From Alphaproteobacteria bacterium (GTDB lineage Bacteria; Pseudomonadota; Alphaproteobacteria; SHVV01), in the NCBI GenBank assembly GCA_009694095.1, contig SHVV01000003.1:1-49332 (forward strand): a stretch of DNA of 49,332 nucleotides. Direction: 5' to 3'. Position 1 is the first letter of the stretch; each line of letters starts with the position of its first letter. Below, in pieces: positions 18,220 through 28,138 of the stretch. The position numbers and the translations under genes are program-made. The notes beneath the pieces are model-generated. The model worked only from the letters and a program-made list of their open reading frames with translations. It made no database searches and was not told the origin of the DNA.

Positions 18220-19905
18220 GTGCGCGTTCGAATTAGTCACCTCACGCGAAAAGCCAAGGGTGTCGCTCACCGCGACGAAGATCGCGAAGAGGATATTCTT
18301 CGTATCGGTCGAGCGACCGATTCGGAAATCTATCTACCCGATGCTCGAGTCAATCTCGTCCACGCGACGCTCAGTCGTCGGCCGGGCGGGTTCTTCATTG
18401 AGGCCGTTGGCGCATCGACGATCCGGCACAATGGCGCATCGCGCTCTTCAGCGCCGCTTAAGATCGGCGACAACGTCATGATCGGACCCTACGATTTGAC
18501 GATCGTTGCCCCCGCCGCCGGGGAAGCGATCGATGTCACGATTGCGGTAGAACTGGTCCGGGCGCAGGCCGACGATCTGGTCGCGCTACGCGCGCGAAGC
18601 CGGACGTCGATCGAAGAAACCGGCCTTCGTAAACGCAGCGTGTCATGGGCTCTATCGATTGTCGTTTTTGTCCTCTTTATCGCCTTGCCCATCGCCGGGT
18701 TCTTCATTCCGGGATTGAACGAATGGTCGCGCAAACTGCCGGTCGCATTCGACCATTCTTGGGATTCCGGGCCGGCGTCGGATTCGCATAAATTCTTTGC
18801 TGGCGACTGCAGCGCTTGCCACCAAAAGGCGTTCGTACAGGTGCGCGACTCGGCTTGTCTGGCATGCCACGCCAAAATCGAAGAGCATGCGCCGCACGAC
18901 GTGAAGGTCGCTGCTTTGTCGGAGGAGCGATGCGCGCACTGCCACAAAGAACACACGCACAATGACGCGATCATCGTCCGAGCGCAGGGGTTCTGCGCCA
19001 ACTGTCACGTCGACCTAAAGAAATTCAACTCTAAATCGACGGTTGCCGATATTGGCGACTTCTTCAGCCAACACGCCGAATTCCGGCCAACCGTCGTCAA
19101 GGCCGTCGAAACGAAAAAATTCGAACGCGTGTCGCTTTCCGACAAAGCTAATCTGATCGAACAATCGAACCTGAAGTTCCCGCACGATAGACATCTGAGC
19201 GAACGCGGCGTGCGCGGACCAAACGGCGTCAGGCAGCTAAAATGCGCCGATTGTCACGAGCCCGACCGCGGCGGCGTCGGTTTGTTGCCAATCGAGATGA
19301 CCAAGCACTGCGCCGATTGCCACCAACTCACCTTCGATCCACGTGCGCCCGAGCGTAAACTGCCGCACGGCGACGTTGCTTCGGCTGTCGGCGTCATTCA
19401 AGACTTCTACGCCGGTCTCGCGCTGAGGGGCCAGATTGAAGAGGAATCGGCGCCGGCTTCGGTTCGCCGACGCGTGGGCCAGCCACTTCGTGAAGAAGAG
19501 AAAAAAGAAGCGCTTGCCTGGGCCGAGACCAAAGCCAAACAACAGATGGAGATAATCCTCGGTACGTCGCTCTGTAAGAGCTGTCATATCGTCGAGCCGC
19601 CGAGCGCGCAGAATCCGTCATGGCGCGTGAAGCCAGTCAAGGTCGTAAACGTCTGGATGCCAAAGGCCATATTCGTCCATGCCAAGCATTCGACCGTCGA
19701 CTGCACGCACTGTCACGACGCACCTAAATCGACGCAGTCATCCGACGTCTTGATGCCTTCGATCAATACTTGCCGCGAATGCCACGGCGGCGAAAATCAG
19801 GCGAGCCGACTTCCATCGCCGTGCGCGATGTGCCACGTCTTCCACCGGCAAGATCTCGGGCCAATGCGCCCAGACTTCAAGAAGACGGCGGCAACGGGTA
19901 ATTAG
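18220..19905 (+). CDS. FHA-domain, single-TM, decaheme c-type cytochrome
   Basis: N-terminal ILRIGRATDSEIYLPDARVNLVHA (FHA-like); TM SWALSIVVFVLFIALPIAGFF; 10 CxxCH (CSACH, CLACH, CAHCH, CANCH, CADCH x2, CKSCH, CTHCH, CRECH, CAMCH). Confidence 0.9.
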   Translation: MRVRISHLTRKAKGVAHRDEDREEDILRIGRATDSEIYLPDARVNLVHATLSRRPGGFFIEAVGASTIRHNGASRSSAPLKIGDNVMIGPYDLTIVAPAAGEAIDVTIAVELVRAQADDLVALRARSRTSIEETGLRKRSVSWALSIVVFVLFIALPIAGFFIPGLNEWSRKLPVAFDHSWDSGPASDSHKFFAGDCSACHQKAFVQVRDSACLACHAKIEEHAPHDVKVAALSEERCAHCHKEHTHNDAIIVRAQGFCANCHVDLKKFNSKSTVADIGDFFSQHAEFRPTVVKAVETKKFERVSLSDKANLIEQSNLKFPHDRHLSERGVRGPNGVRQLKCADCHEPDRGGVGLLPIEMTKHCADCHQLTFDPRAPERKLPHGDVASAVGVIQDFYAGLALRGQIEEESAPASVRRRVGQPLREEEKKEALAWAETKAKQQMEIILGTSLCKSCHIVEPPSAQNPSWRVKPVKVVNVWMPKAIFVHAKHSTVDCTHCHDAPKSTQSSDVLMPSINTCRECHGGENQASRLPSPCAMCHVFHRQDLGPMRPDFKKTAATGN

Positions 19906-19960
19906 TGGCTCCATGCGTAGTTTTAAATATCGTGAACTGAAGAATGACGGAGGCTGCCCG

Positions 19961-20392
19961 TTGTTGAAACGAGTGATGCTATGGGGCATTGGGGGCGTGC
20001 TGGCGCTTGCCATGACGACGACGTTTGAATCGGCACAGGCGGCGTCTTTGTCGACGTCCGGAGCGGTCTTGACCGATCTGCGGGCCGACATCGACAACGC
20101 ACAGATTTCGCAAACCATCGATCTCAATGGCGACGTTGCGATCGCGACCTACGTCATGGCGCACATGCCCGATGGCAAGTCATTGCAACGCAACAATCTC
20201 GGCTACTGGTTGCCGTGGAACGGCCAGATCGACACCCTCCTCGACAATAAGTTCGTCGCCGGAGGTTCGACGCTCACATTCAAGATCATCGACCAAAGTA
20301 TTCGCGATCGAATGTTTCCGATCACCTTCGTCGTCGCCTATCGCACGGCCGCGGCGTTCAAGTTCGGCGTGCTTCAAGTGTCGCCCCAATAA
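19961..20392 (+). CDS. Small exported hypothetical protein
   Basis: GGAGG RBS at 19949-19953 before TTG19961; signal peptide ending ..ESAQA; beta-rich body; tightly packed in the operon. Confidence 0.7.
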   Translation: MLKRVMLWGIGGVLALAMTTTFESAQAASLSTSGAVLTDLRADIDNAQISQTIDLNGDVAIATYVMAHMPDGKSLQRNNLGYWLPWNGQIDTLLDNKFVAGGSTLTFKIIDQSIRDRMFPITFVVAYRTAAAFKFGVLQVSPQ

Positions 20393-20398
20393 ACGAGC

Positions 20399-22279
20399 AT
20401 GCTGATACGACATTGGATTCAAGCGTTTGTTTCGACCTTCATCGCCGCCGTGGCAACCGGTCCGGTGGCAGCAGAGAGTGCGCTGACGGCGGCCGAAGTC
20501 GGCCAGATCATCGCGCAAGCGGTCAACGAAGCCCAGGGGCGCGGCGCATTGGCGACGATCGCTGCCGTCGATCGCGTCGGCAATGTCTTGGGCGTATTCC
20601 AGATGACCGGCGCCGCCGCCAACGCGACGATCAGTTCAGGCCGCAACGTCGTCGGCGGGCTCGAAGCCGCCGCCGTTCCTTCGACGCTCGCCGCCATCGC
20701 CAAGGCGATCACCGGCGCCTACATTTCTTCCCGCGGCAATGCGTTCACGACACGCACCGCGAGTCAGATCGTCCAGCAAAACTTCAACGTCGGCGAAACT
20801 TTTCAACCCGGCGGACCGCTGTTCGGCGTGCAATTCAGTCAGCTGCCGTGCTCGGACCTCGCCGTGCGTTTTTTCGATGGTGGCGCGGGCGGCATCGTTA
20901 ACGCGACGCTCGGGCCGAAACGCTCGCCGCTTGGCCTCTCGGCCGACCCCGGCGGGCTCCCGCTCTATAAAGCCGGCGACCTCGTCGGCGGAATCGGGGT
21001 CATCAGCGACAGCCTTTATTCGCTCGACCCAGTCATTACCAATTTCGATACCGACGCCGACGAATTGATCGCGGTCGGTGGCCAATCCGGATTCGCGCCA
21101 CCCAACGATATCAAGGCGAATTTCATTTCGGCCGGCGGACGGACGCTCCGCTACATCGATCGCGGGCCCGAAGCATTGGCGCGAAACCCGGCGACTGCGA
21201 CTGCATTCGGCGGGATCAACGGCGTCGTCGGCGTGCTCGCTAACGTCACCGGCTATTTCACTGCCGGCGGCGGCATTCTCGCTGGGCGGCAATACGGTAC
21301 CGCCGCGTCAGGCTATCGCCTTGAAGACGGGACGACTTACGGAACATTCCGCAACGGCAACCGCGCGATGATCTTGGTAGATGGCGCCGACACCAACCGA
21401 TTCCCGCCGGCCGTTGGCAGCGATGGACTGCTGTCGGCGGCCGAGGTGACTCGAATCATGATCGGAGCGCTGGCGGTGGCTTACGCTGGCCGGGCGCAAA
21501 TCCGGCGGCCGCTTTCGGACAACATTCACGTTACGATCTCGATCGTCGACACCAACGGCAAGATTCTGGCGTTGGCGCGGACCTTCGATGGTCCAGTGTT
21601 CGGCACCGACGTATCGCTGCAAAAAGCCCGCTCGGCGATGTTCTTCAGCAATCTCAACGCGGCTGCTGACTTTACTGCCGGGGGCCACGGCGCGCGCGTT
21701 GCGCAGGTTCGAACTTTCTTCGGAATCCCGACGTTATTGGCTGACGGTATCGCCTGGGGAAATCGCTCGATCGGCAATATCGCTCGCCCGTACTACCCCG
21801 ATGGCATCAACGGCAATCCGAATGGTCCGCTCAGCAATCCGGAATCCGCTTGGAGCCCGTTTTCGGTCGGGCTCCAGCTTGAGTTGGTCTCCGCCAACAT
21901 CCTGACCCACCTCGGATTCGTCGCCGGCCTGAACGCCGACACGCCGTCGCGTTGCACCGCGCTGCCGTTGCAGGTCGCGACCGGCGCGCCGAGGCTTGCC
22001 AACGGCCTGCAGATTTTCGCCGGCGGCGTTCCGATTTTCCGGGGCAATACCCAAGTCGGCGGCATCGGCATCTCCGGCGATGGCATCGACCAAGACGACA
22101 TGGTGGCATTCCTCGGCTTGCACAACGCTGGAGTCGCGCTCGCGACCGGCGTCAGTAACGCGCCCAAGGGGATCCGCGCCGATAATATCAGCGCATTTGG
22201 CGCTCGGCTGCGCTACGTCAATTGCCCGTTCGCGCCCTTCATCGACACATCGGCTCAGAACGTATGCGCCGGCAAATGA
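20399..22279 (+). CDS. Exported tandem GlcG/HbpS-type heme-binding protein
   Basis: Signal peptide; two repeats: TIAAVDRVGNVL..AIAKAITGA..GGLPLYKAGDLVGGIGV and TISIVDTNGKIL..SLQKARSA..GGVPIFRGNTQVGGIGISGDGIDQDD. Confidence 0.85.
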   Translation: MLIRHWIQAFVSTFIAAVATGPVAAESALTAAEVGQIIAQAVNEAQGRGALATIAAVDRVGNVLGVFQMTGAAANATISSGRNVVGGLEAAAVPSTLAAIAKAITGAYISSRGNAFTTRTASQIVQQNFNVGETFQPGGPLFGVQFSQLPCSDLAVRFFDGGAGGIVNATLGPKRSPLGLSADPGGLPLYKAGDLVGGIGVISDSLYSLDPVITNFDTDADELIAVGGQSGFAPPNDIKANFISAGGRTLRYIDRGPEALARNPATATAFGGINGVVGVLANVTGYFTAGGGILAGRQYGTAASGYRLEDGTTYGTFRNGNRAMILVDGADTNRFPPAVGSDGLLSAAEVTRIMIGALAVAYAGRAQIRRPLSDNIHVTISIVDTNGKILALARTFDGPVFGTDVSLQKARSAMFFSNLNAAADFTAGGHGARVAQVRTFFGIPTLLADGIAWGNRSIGNIARPYYPDGINGNPNGPLSNPESAWSPFSVGLQLELVSANILTHLGFVAGLNADTPSRCTALPLQVATGAPRLANGLQIFAGGVPIFRGNTQVGGIGISGDGIDQDDMVAFLGLHNAGVALATGVSNAPKGIRADNISAFGARLRYVNCPFAPFIDTSAQNVCAGK

Positions 22280-24087
22280 CCTTATGGTACGTTTTCTATG
22301 TTGCGCTCGCGGTAGCGATCACCCTGGCAACATCGCCATCGTTTGCCGGCAAAGAAAAAATCGAAGCCAGCGGTGAAACCGGCGTCACGCTGGCGCAGGC
22401 AACCGACGAAGATCGCCGCCGACCCGGGCGTCCGGTCCCGGACCGGCAACAAATCCCCGCAGTCGATTCGTCCCGGGTGCCGCCGCCGCAGCCGACGCTG
22501 CCGCGCGAAACCATCCCGGTTCCCGATCGTTGGCGCATCGTCGAGTCGATCGGCGTCAACTCGCGTTGGTGGGACCCGTACAATCAGAACATGCTCAAGG
22601 GCGACCGGCCGGTGTTCGATGACTGGTTCGTCAACTTGAGCGTGATCCTCGACGCGATTTACGAACCACGCCGGTTTCCCAACCCGACCGGCACGCAGGC
22701 GACGACCAACGCCAACGCGGTCGATCAGTTCGGCAAGAACAAGCAGACGGTTCTCGCCGAGAACCTGATCACCACGCTGTCGTTTATCAAAGGCAACACC
22801 GCCTACCAACCGCCGGACTATGAAATCCGCATCGGGCCGGTCTTCAACCACAATAAGGTGGTGGCGGAGGAAGTGGGGCTGCTGTACGCCGACCCGGCCA
22901 AGGGCCGCACGCGCAGCGATCAGTTCGTCGGCTGGCAGGAGCTGTTCCTCGACTACCATATTCGCAACGTCTCCGATCGGTTCGATTTCGACTCGATCCG
23001 TCTCGGTATCCAGCCCTTTCAACTCGACTTCCGTGGATTCCTCTTTCAGGACTTGCAGCTCGGCGCGCGTCTGTTCGGCAACCGCGACAACAATTTCTGG
23101 CAGTACAACGTCGGTTGGGTGCGCCGCCTCGAAAAAGACACTAATAGCGGTTTGAACGACATCGGCGCCAAGCTGCGCGACGATGACGTCTACTTCGTCA
23201 ATCTTTTCCGCCAGGACTGGCCGGTGCTCGGATTCACGAGCCAGGCCGTGGTCGCGCACAACCGCAACAACGAGGACGATCGCCGCTATTTCAACGAGAA
23301 CGAGTTCCAGGAGCGTCCGGCGCCGATCGGCGATCAACGGCCGCGCAAGTATCACGTCACCTATCTCGGGCTGAACGGCGACGGACACTTCGGCCGGCTC
23401 AACCTGACCGGCTCGCTCTATTACGCATTCGGTAAAGACGAGCTTAATCAATTCGCCGGCGACGGATCGAGCGCCGATATCCGCGCCTATTTCGCCGCTA
23501 CGGAGGCGTCTTGGGACTTCAGCTGGATTCGAGTTCGTGCCCAAGCGGCGTATGCGTCCGGCGATAACGATCCAACTGACGGCAAGGAGGGCGGCTTCGC
23601 GGCGATCTTCGAAAACCCGCAGTTCGCCGGCTCAGATACGAGTTACTTCATTCGGCAGTCGATCCCCTTCATCGGTGGCGGCGGCACGACGATCACTTCG
23701 CGCAACGGGATGCTCACGGAGCTGCGCACCTCGAAGGAGCACGGCCAGTCGAACTTCATCAATCCGGGCTTGATCCTTGCCGGCTTCGGCACCGACATGG
23801 ACCTCTCGCCGCAGCTTCGCGTCTCGACCAATTTCAACCACTTGTCGTTCGCCACCACCGATTCGCTCGAGTTCCTGCGCAATCAGAACGCGATCGGCGA
23901 CGAAATCGGTTACGACCTCTCGGTCGCTTTCACCTATCGCCCGCATTTCACGCAGAACGTCGTGTTCCGGCTATCCGGCGCCTGGTTGATCCCGGGCGAC
24001 GGGTTTCGCGACATCTACCGGGCGCGAACCGGAACCGGCGACGACTTCTTCTACTCCGTGCTCGGCAACGTGACTCTCACCTATTAG
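22276..24087 (+). CDS. Outer-membrane beta-barrel (porin-like) protein
   Basis: ATGA overlap with the upstream stop; signal peptide ..SFA; many amphipathic aromatic strands; C-terminal beta-signal YSVLGNVTLTY; no Cys. Confidence 0.78.
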   Translation: MTLWYVFYVALAVAITLATSPSFAGKEKIEASGETGVTLAQATDEDRRRPGRPVPDRQQIPAVDSSRVPPPQPTLPRETIPVPDRWRIVESIGVNSRWWDPYNQNMLKGDRPVFDDWFVNLSVILDAIYEPRRFPNPTGTQATTNANAVDQFGKNKQTVLAENLITTLSFIKGNTAYQPPDYEIRIGPVFNHNKVVAEEVGLLYADPAKGRTRSDQFVGWQELFLDYHIRNVSDRFDFDSIRLGIQPFQLDFRGFLFQDLQLGARLFGNRDNNFWQYNVGWVRRLEKDTNSGLNDIGAKLRDDDVYFVNLFRQDWPVLGFTSQAVVAHNRNNEDDRRYFNENEFQERPAPIGDQRPRKYHVTYLGLNGDGHFGRLNLTGSLYYAFGKDELNQFAGDGSSADIRAYFAATEASWDFSWIRVRAQAAYASGDNDPTDGKEGGFAAIFENPQFAGSDTSYFIRQSIPFIGGGGTTITSRNGMLTELRTSKEHGQSNFINPGLILAGFGTDMDLSPQLRVSTNFNHLSFATTDSLEFLRNQNAIGDEIGYDLSVAFTYRPHFTQNVVFRLSGAWLIPGDGFRDIYRARTGTGDDFFYSVLGNVTLTY

Positions 24088-24097
24088 GGTCGCCTCA

Positions 24098-27000
24098 ATG
24101 CGCTTGGTCTTTGCCGCGATCTTTTTCTTCGCGCTCGGCGTTGCCGGCGGCGGTATGGCGTCCGAAGGCGAGAAGCCGCTCGACCTTCAATACGTGACAG
24201 CGCCGCCAGCGCCGGTATCGCAAACACAAGCTCAGGCCGACGCCAAAAGTGTGGGCTGCATGAGCTGTCACACCCAGACCGATCAGAAGACGATGCATGC
24301 CAACCCGGCGATCGTCTTGGGGTGCGTCGACTGCCACGGTGGCGACGCTGCGGTGCGCAAGCCGGAAGGTTCGAAATACGACCGCACCTACGCGAAGGAG
24401 AAGAAAGCGCTCCACCACGACGACGAACACGGAAAGGGCGGCGAGGAAGAGCGCCATGGCGCAATCGACCCGTTGTTATTCGGCGACGCCGCCTACGTCG
24501 CGGCGATGCAAAAAGCCCACGTCATGCCGCGCATGCCCAATACCTGGGGCTATCCGCGCAGCCGCAACCCCGAGCGCGCCTACACGCTCTTCAACAAGGA
24601 GGCGCCGGAGTACATCCGCTTCGTCAATCCGTCCGACTACCGCATTGCGCGAGAGGCCTGTGGCGCCTGCCACTTGCCGATCATCCAAGCCGCCGAGCGC
24701 CATCTGATGTCGACCGGCGCCATGCTGTTCGGTGGTGGCGCCTACAACAACGGCATACTTCCGTTCAAAAACTATCTCTTGGGCGAGGCTTACACGCGAG
24801 ACGGCCAGCCGGCCGCGGTCGAAAGCCCTGGCTTCACGCCGGAGATGAAGAAGTGGGGCGTCATCGAAAAGTTGGTGCCGTTGCCGACGTTCCAGACCGT
24901 GCCGCCGGGCGACGTTTTCCGCGTGTTTGAGCGCGGCGGGCGCAACATCGTCACCCAGTTCCCCGAGATCGGGTTACCCAACTCGCTCGGCCAGATTCAA
25001 CGTCTCGAAGAACCGGGCCGTCCCGATTTACGCCAGTCGATGCGCGGGCCTGGAACCGGGCTTCGCATTGCGGTGCCGGTCCTCAACATTCACCGAACGC
25101 GCCTCAACGACCCGTTCATGTGGTTCATGGGCACCAACGATCAGCCCGGCGACTACCGCACGTCGGGTTGCGGCGGTTGCCACATCGTTTACGCCAACGA
25201 CCGCGACCCGCGCCACTCGGGGCCTTATTCGATTTACGGACACGAGGGCAAGACCCAGACTATCGACCCGACGATCCCGAAGGACGAAGAAGGCCACCCG
25301 ATCAAGCACGAATTCTCGCGCCAAATTCCGACCGCGCAGTGCATGAACTGTCACATGCACCAACCCAACGTCTTCGTGAACAGCTTCATGGGCTACACGA
25401 TGTGGGACTACGAATCGGATGCACCGAACATGTGGCCGGAGAAACAGCAATATCCGACCGCGGCCGAGATCCGAAAAGTCAACGAACGCAATCCCGAGGA
25501 AGCCGCGATCCGCGGCAAGTGGGCGGACGTCGAGTTCACCAAGAACGTGTGGACCGACGTCAACCCGAAGAACAAGGATACGCAATTCGCCGACTATCAT
25601 GGCCACGGCTGGAATTTCCGCGCCATCTATAAACGCGATCGCAAAGGCAATTTGCTCGACGCCGATGGCAAGATCGTTTCCAACGACGATCCGCAGAAGT
25701 TCAAGAAAGCCGTGCACATGTCGTCGATCCATGTCGACAAAGGCATGCACTGCATCGACTGTCATTTTTCCCAGGACGCTCACGGCAACGGCTACATCCA
25801 GACCGAGGTCGCCAACGCGGTCGAAATCGATTGCGCCGACTGCCACGGCACGGTCGACAAGTTGCCGTCCCTCATTACGAGCGGGCCGGCGGCGCTCCGC
25901 GGCGGTTACGACCTCACGCTGATCCGCCTGGGCGACGGCCGCCGCCGTTTCGAATGGCGTGGCGACACGCTTGTCCAGCGCTCGGCGCTGTGGCCCAATC
26001 TCGAGTGGGAGATGAGTCTCGTCAAACACAGCGTCGAGCCCGATCACAAGGACTACAACCCCAAGGCGGCGCGGGCGAAGCTGATGTCCAAGGATACAGC
26101 GTCGCTCAAGTGGGGCCCCGGGGTTGCCAAGGACGATCGCGCCCATAAAGACGACGAAATGCTGTGTTTCACATGCCACCTCTCGTGGACGACGAGCTGC
26201 GCTGGTTGCCACCTGCCGATTCAGGCCAACTGGAAGGCGCCTTCGCATAAGTACGAAGGCCAAGTCTCGCGCAACTACGCGACTTACAACCCGCAAGTCG
26301 CGCGCGACGATGTCTTCCACTTGGGTCGCCACCAGACCACAAAAGGCAACAAGATCGCTCCCGTCCGGTCTTCATCGGGGCTGGTGTTGTCGTCGCAGAA
26401 CATTAACCGCGAGCGCATCTACATCCAGCAGCAGCCGGTCGCCGCCTCGGGCCACTCGGCGCAGGCTTTCGCTCCACACTTCCCCCACACTGAGCGCAAG
26501 ACCGAAACCAAGACCTGCAACGATTGCCACCTGTCGGAGAGCGACGACAACAACGCGATCATGGCCAACACGCTGATGTTCGGGACCAATTTCCCGACCT
26601 TCGTCGGCGCCAATGCCTGGGTCGCCGCGGATGGCGGCATCGAGGGCGTGCAAGTGACCGAGTACGACGAGCCGCAGGCCGTCATCGGCAGTTACCTGCA
26701 CCGATATGCCTACCCCGACTGGTATGCCGACCACCAAAAGCACGGCAAGGAACTGCAGATCGCCCACAACCACCCATCGGCGCGCGCCGCCTGCCTCCAG
26801 CTTCGCGGCGAATATCTCTACGTCGCCGAGGGCCCGAATGGGTTCCGCGCCTACGACGTCGCCTCGATCGCCAACAAAGGATTTTCACAGCGCATCGTCA
26901 CGGCGCCGTTCGGCCCGTGGGGTCACGACACCCACATCGCCACAAAGAACGCGACCTGCGTGGCCTTGCCGTCGAACGCCCAAGCGATTCATCCGGCGCG

Positions 27001-27970
27001 CAACCAGGGCGACCTGATGCGCAAGGACAATCAGGAGCAGCCGTTCCACCCAATCTACGACTACGCGTTCGTCACCGACTCGGAAGAAGGTCTGATTGCG
27101 GTCGACGTCAACACTCTTTCGGACGGCGAGCCGCGCAATAATTTTTTCACCCGCGCGCTGACGTGGAACGAGAACGGAGTCCTGAACGGCGCCCGCCACA
27201 TCACGATCGCTGGCTACTATTTCTACATCGTCGCCGATTCGGGCATCGTCGTTCTCAACATGGACGATCCGATGAAGCCCAAGGTCGAAAGCATCATACC
27301 GCTGAAAAACGGCCATTCGACGGCGCTCCAGTTCCGCTACTTGTTCGCCACCGACGCCGAGGGCTTCAAGGTGTTTGACGCCACCAACATGGCCAAACCG
27401 GTTGCGGTGCCCGGCGCCGTCATCCCGCTCAGAAATGCCAACCGCATCCTGCCGGTCCGAACCTACGCTTATGTCGCCGCCGGCAACGAGGGTCTTGTCA
27501 TCATCGACATCGAGAAACCGCGTAAACCTTCGGTCTACATGAAGTACACCGCCGACGGCGCGATCAACGATGCGCGCGACGTGACAGTAGGCACGACTAA
27601 CGCGACGCTCTTCGCTTACGTCGCCGACGGCAAGAACGGTCTCAAGGTGATTCAACTGACCGCGCCTGACACGCAGCCCAACTTCTACGGGTTTAGCCCT
27701 GAGCCCAAACCGAACCTGATCGCGTGGTACAAGACGACTTGGCCGGCGCTCGGTCTCTCCAAAGGGCTCGAACGTGACCGCGCCGTCGATGAAACCGGCG
27801 GTCAGATCGCGGTCTTCGGTCGGCTAGGGTCGCGTCCGTTCTCGAAGAAAGAAATGGAGAAATTCTATCTCGATGCCCAAGGGCGGCCGTGGTTCACCCA
27901 CGAGGAAATTCGCCAACGTGACTTCGTGTCGGTCAAGCCCGGCGAGCGCAAGGCGGCGAGAGCGAACTGA
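24098..27970 (+). CDS. Exported decaheme c-type cytochrome with C-terminal LVIVD-repeat beta-propeller
   Basis: Signal peptide; 10 CxxCH (CMSCH, CVDCH, CGACH, CGGCH, CMNCH, CIDCH, CADCH, CFTCH, CAGCH, CNDCH); about 7 repeats such as YLYVAEGPNGFRAYDV, YAFVTDSEEGLIAVDV, YAYVAAGNEGLVIIDI, FAYVADGKNGLKVIQL. Confidence 0.9.
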   Translation: MRLVFAAIFFFALGVAGGGMASEGEKPLDLQYVTAPPAPVSQTQAQADAKSVGCMSCHTQTDQKTMHANPAIVLGCVDCHGGDAAVRKPEGSKYDRTYAKEKKALHHDDEHGKGGEEERHGAIDPLLFGDAAYVAAMQKAHVMPRMPNTWGYPRSRNPERAYTLFNKEAPEYIRFVNPSDYRIAREACGACHLPIIQAAERHLMSTGAMLFGGGAYNNGILPFKNYLLGEAYTRDGQPAAVESPGFTPEMKKWGVIEKLVPLPTFQTVPPGDVFRVFERGGRNIVTQFPEIGLPNSLGQIQRLEEPGRPDLRQSMRGPGTGLRIAVPVLNIHRTRLNDPFMWFMGTNDQPGDYRTSGCGGCHIVYANDRDPRHSGPYSIYGHEGKTQTIDPTIPKDEEGHPIKHEFSRQIPTAQCMNCHMHQPNVFVNSFMGYTMWDYESDAPNMWPEKQQYPTAAEIRKVNERNPEEAAIRGKWADVEFTKNVWTDVNPKNKDTQFADYHGHGWNFRAIYKRDRKGNLLDADGKIVSNDDPQKFKKAVHMSSIHVDKGMHCIDCHFSQDAHGNGYIQTEVANAVEIDCADCHGTVDKLPSLITSGPAALRGGYDLTLIRLGDGRRRFEWRGDTLVQRSALWPNLEWEMSLVKHSVEPDHKDYNPKAARAKLMSKDTASLKWGPGVAKDDRAHKDDEMLCFTCHLSWTTSCAGCHLPIQANWKAPSHKYEGQVSRNYATYNPQVARDDVFHLGRHQTTKGNKIAPVRSSSGLVLSSQNINRERIYIQQQPVAASGHSAQAFAPHFPHTERKTETKTCNDCHLSESDDNNAIMANTLMFGTNFPTFVGANAWVAADGGIEGVQVTEYDEPQAVIGSYLHRYAYPDWYADHQKHGKELQIAHNHPSARAACLQLRGEYLYVAEGPNGFRAYDVASIANKGFSQRIVTAPFGPWGHDTHIATKNATCVALPSNAQAIHPARNQGDLMRKDNQEQPFHPIYDYAFVTDSEEGLIAVDVNTLSDGEPRNNFFTRALTWNENGVLNGARHITIAGYYFYIVADSGIVVLNMDDPMKPKVESIIPLKNGHSTALQFRYLFATDAEGFKVFDATNMAKPVAVPGAVIPLRNANRILPVRTYAYVAAGNEGLVIIDIEKPRKPSVYMKYTADGAINDARDVTVGTTNATLFAYVADGKNGLKVIQLTAPDTQPNFYGFSPEPKPNLIAWYKTTWPALGLSKGLERDRAVDETGGQIAVFGRLGSRPFSKKEMEKFYLDAQGRPWFTHEEIRQRDFVSVKPGERKAARAN

Positions 27971-28083
27971 CAGAGGCCGTCTTCAATCAGCTCTCGCCAT
28001 CGGGCTTGGTCTCGACCCCGTAGCTCGACGAACACTTGTGACACCCAGGTTAGGCGCTTGGAACTCTAAGCGAGAAAACCTCG

Positions 28084-28115
28084 AAAAAAAGAGCGCACCG
28101 GAAGGTGCGCTCTTT
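28084..28115 (-). terminator. Rho-independent terminator between convergent cytochrome genes
   Basis: AAAGAGCGCACC-GGAA-GGTGCGCTCTTT hairpin; the A7 run at 28084-28090 gives a U-tract on the minus strand. Confidence 0.88.
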
Positions 28116-28138
28116 CGCTGAACCGGACGAAACAGACT

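Noticed and set aside
18220-27970. Calling the locus mtrAB/mtrC, pioAB or dmsEF because of two decahemes and a barrel
   Set aside because: Heme spacing, sizes, the FHA/TM anchor, the LVIVD propeller and the missing lipobox do not fit those families
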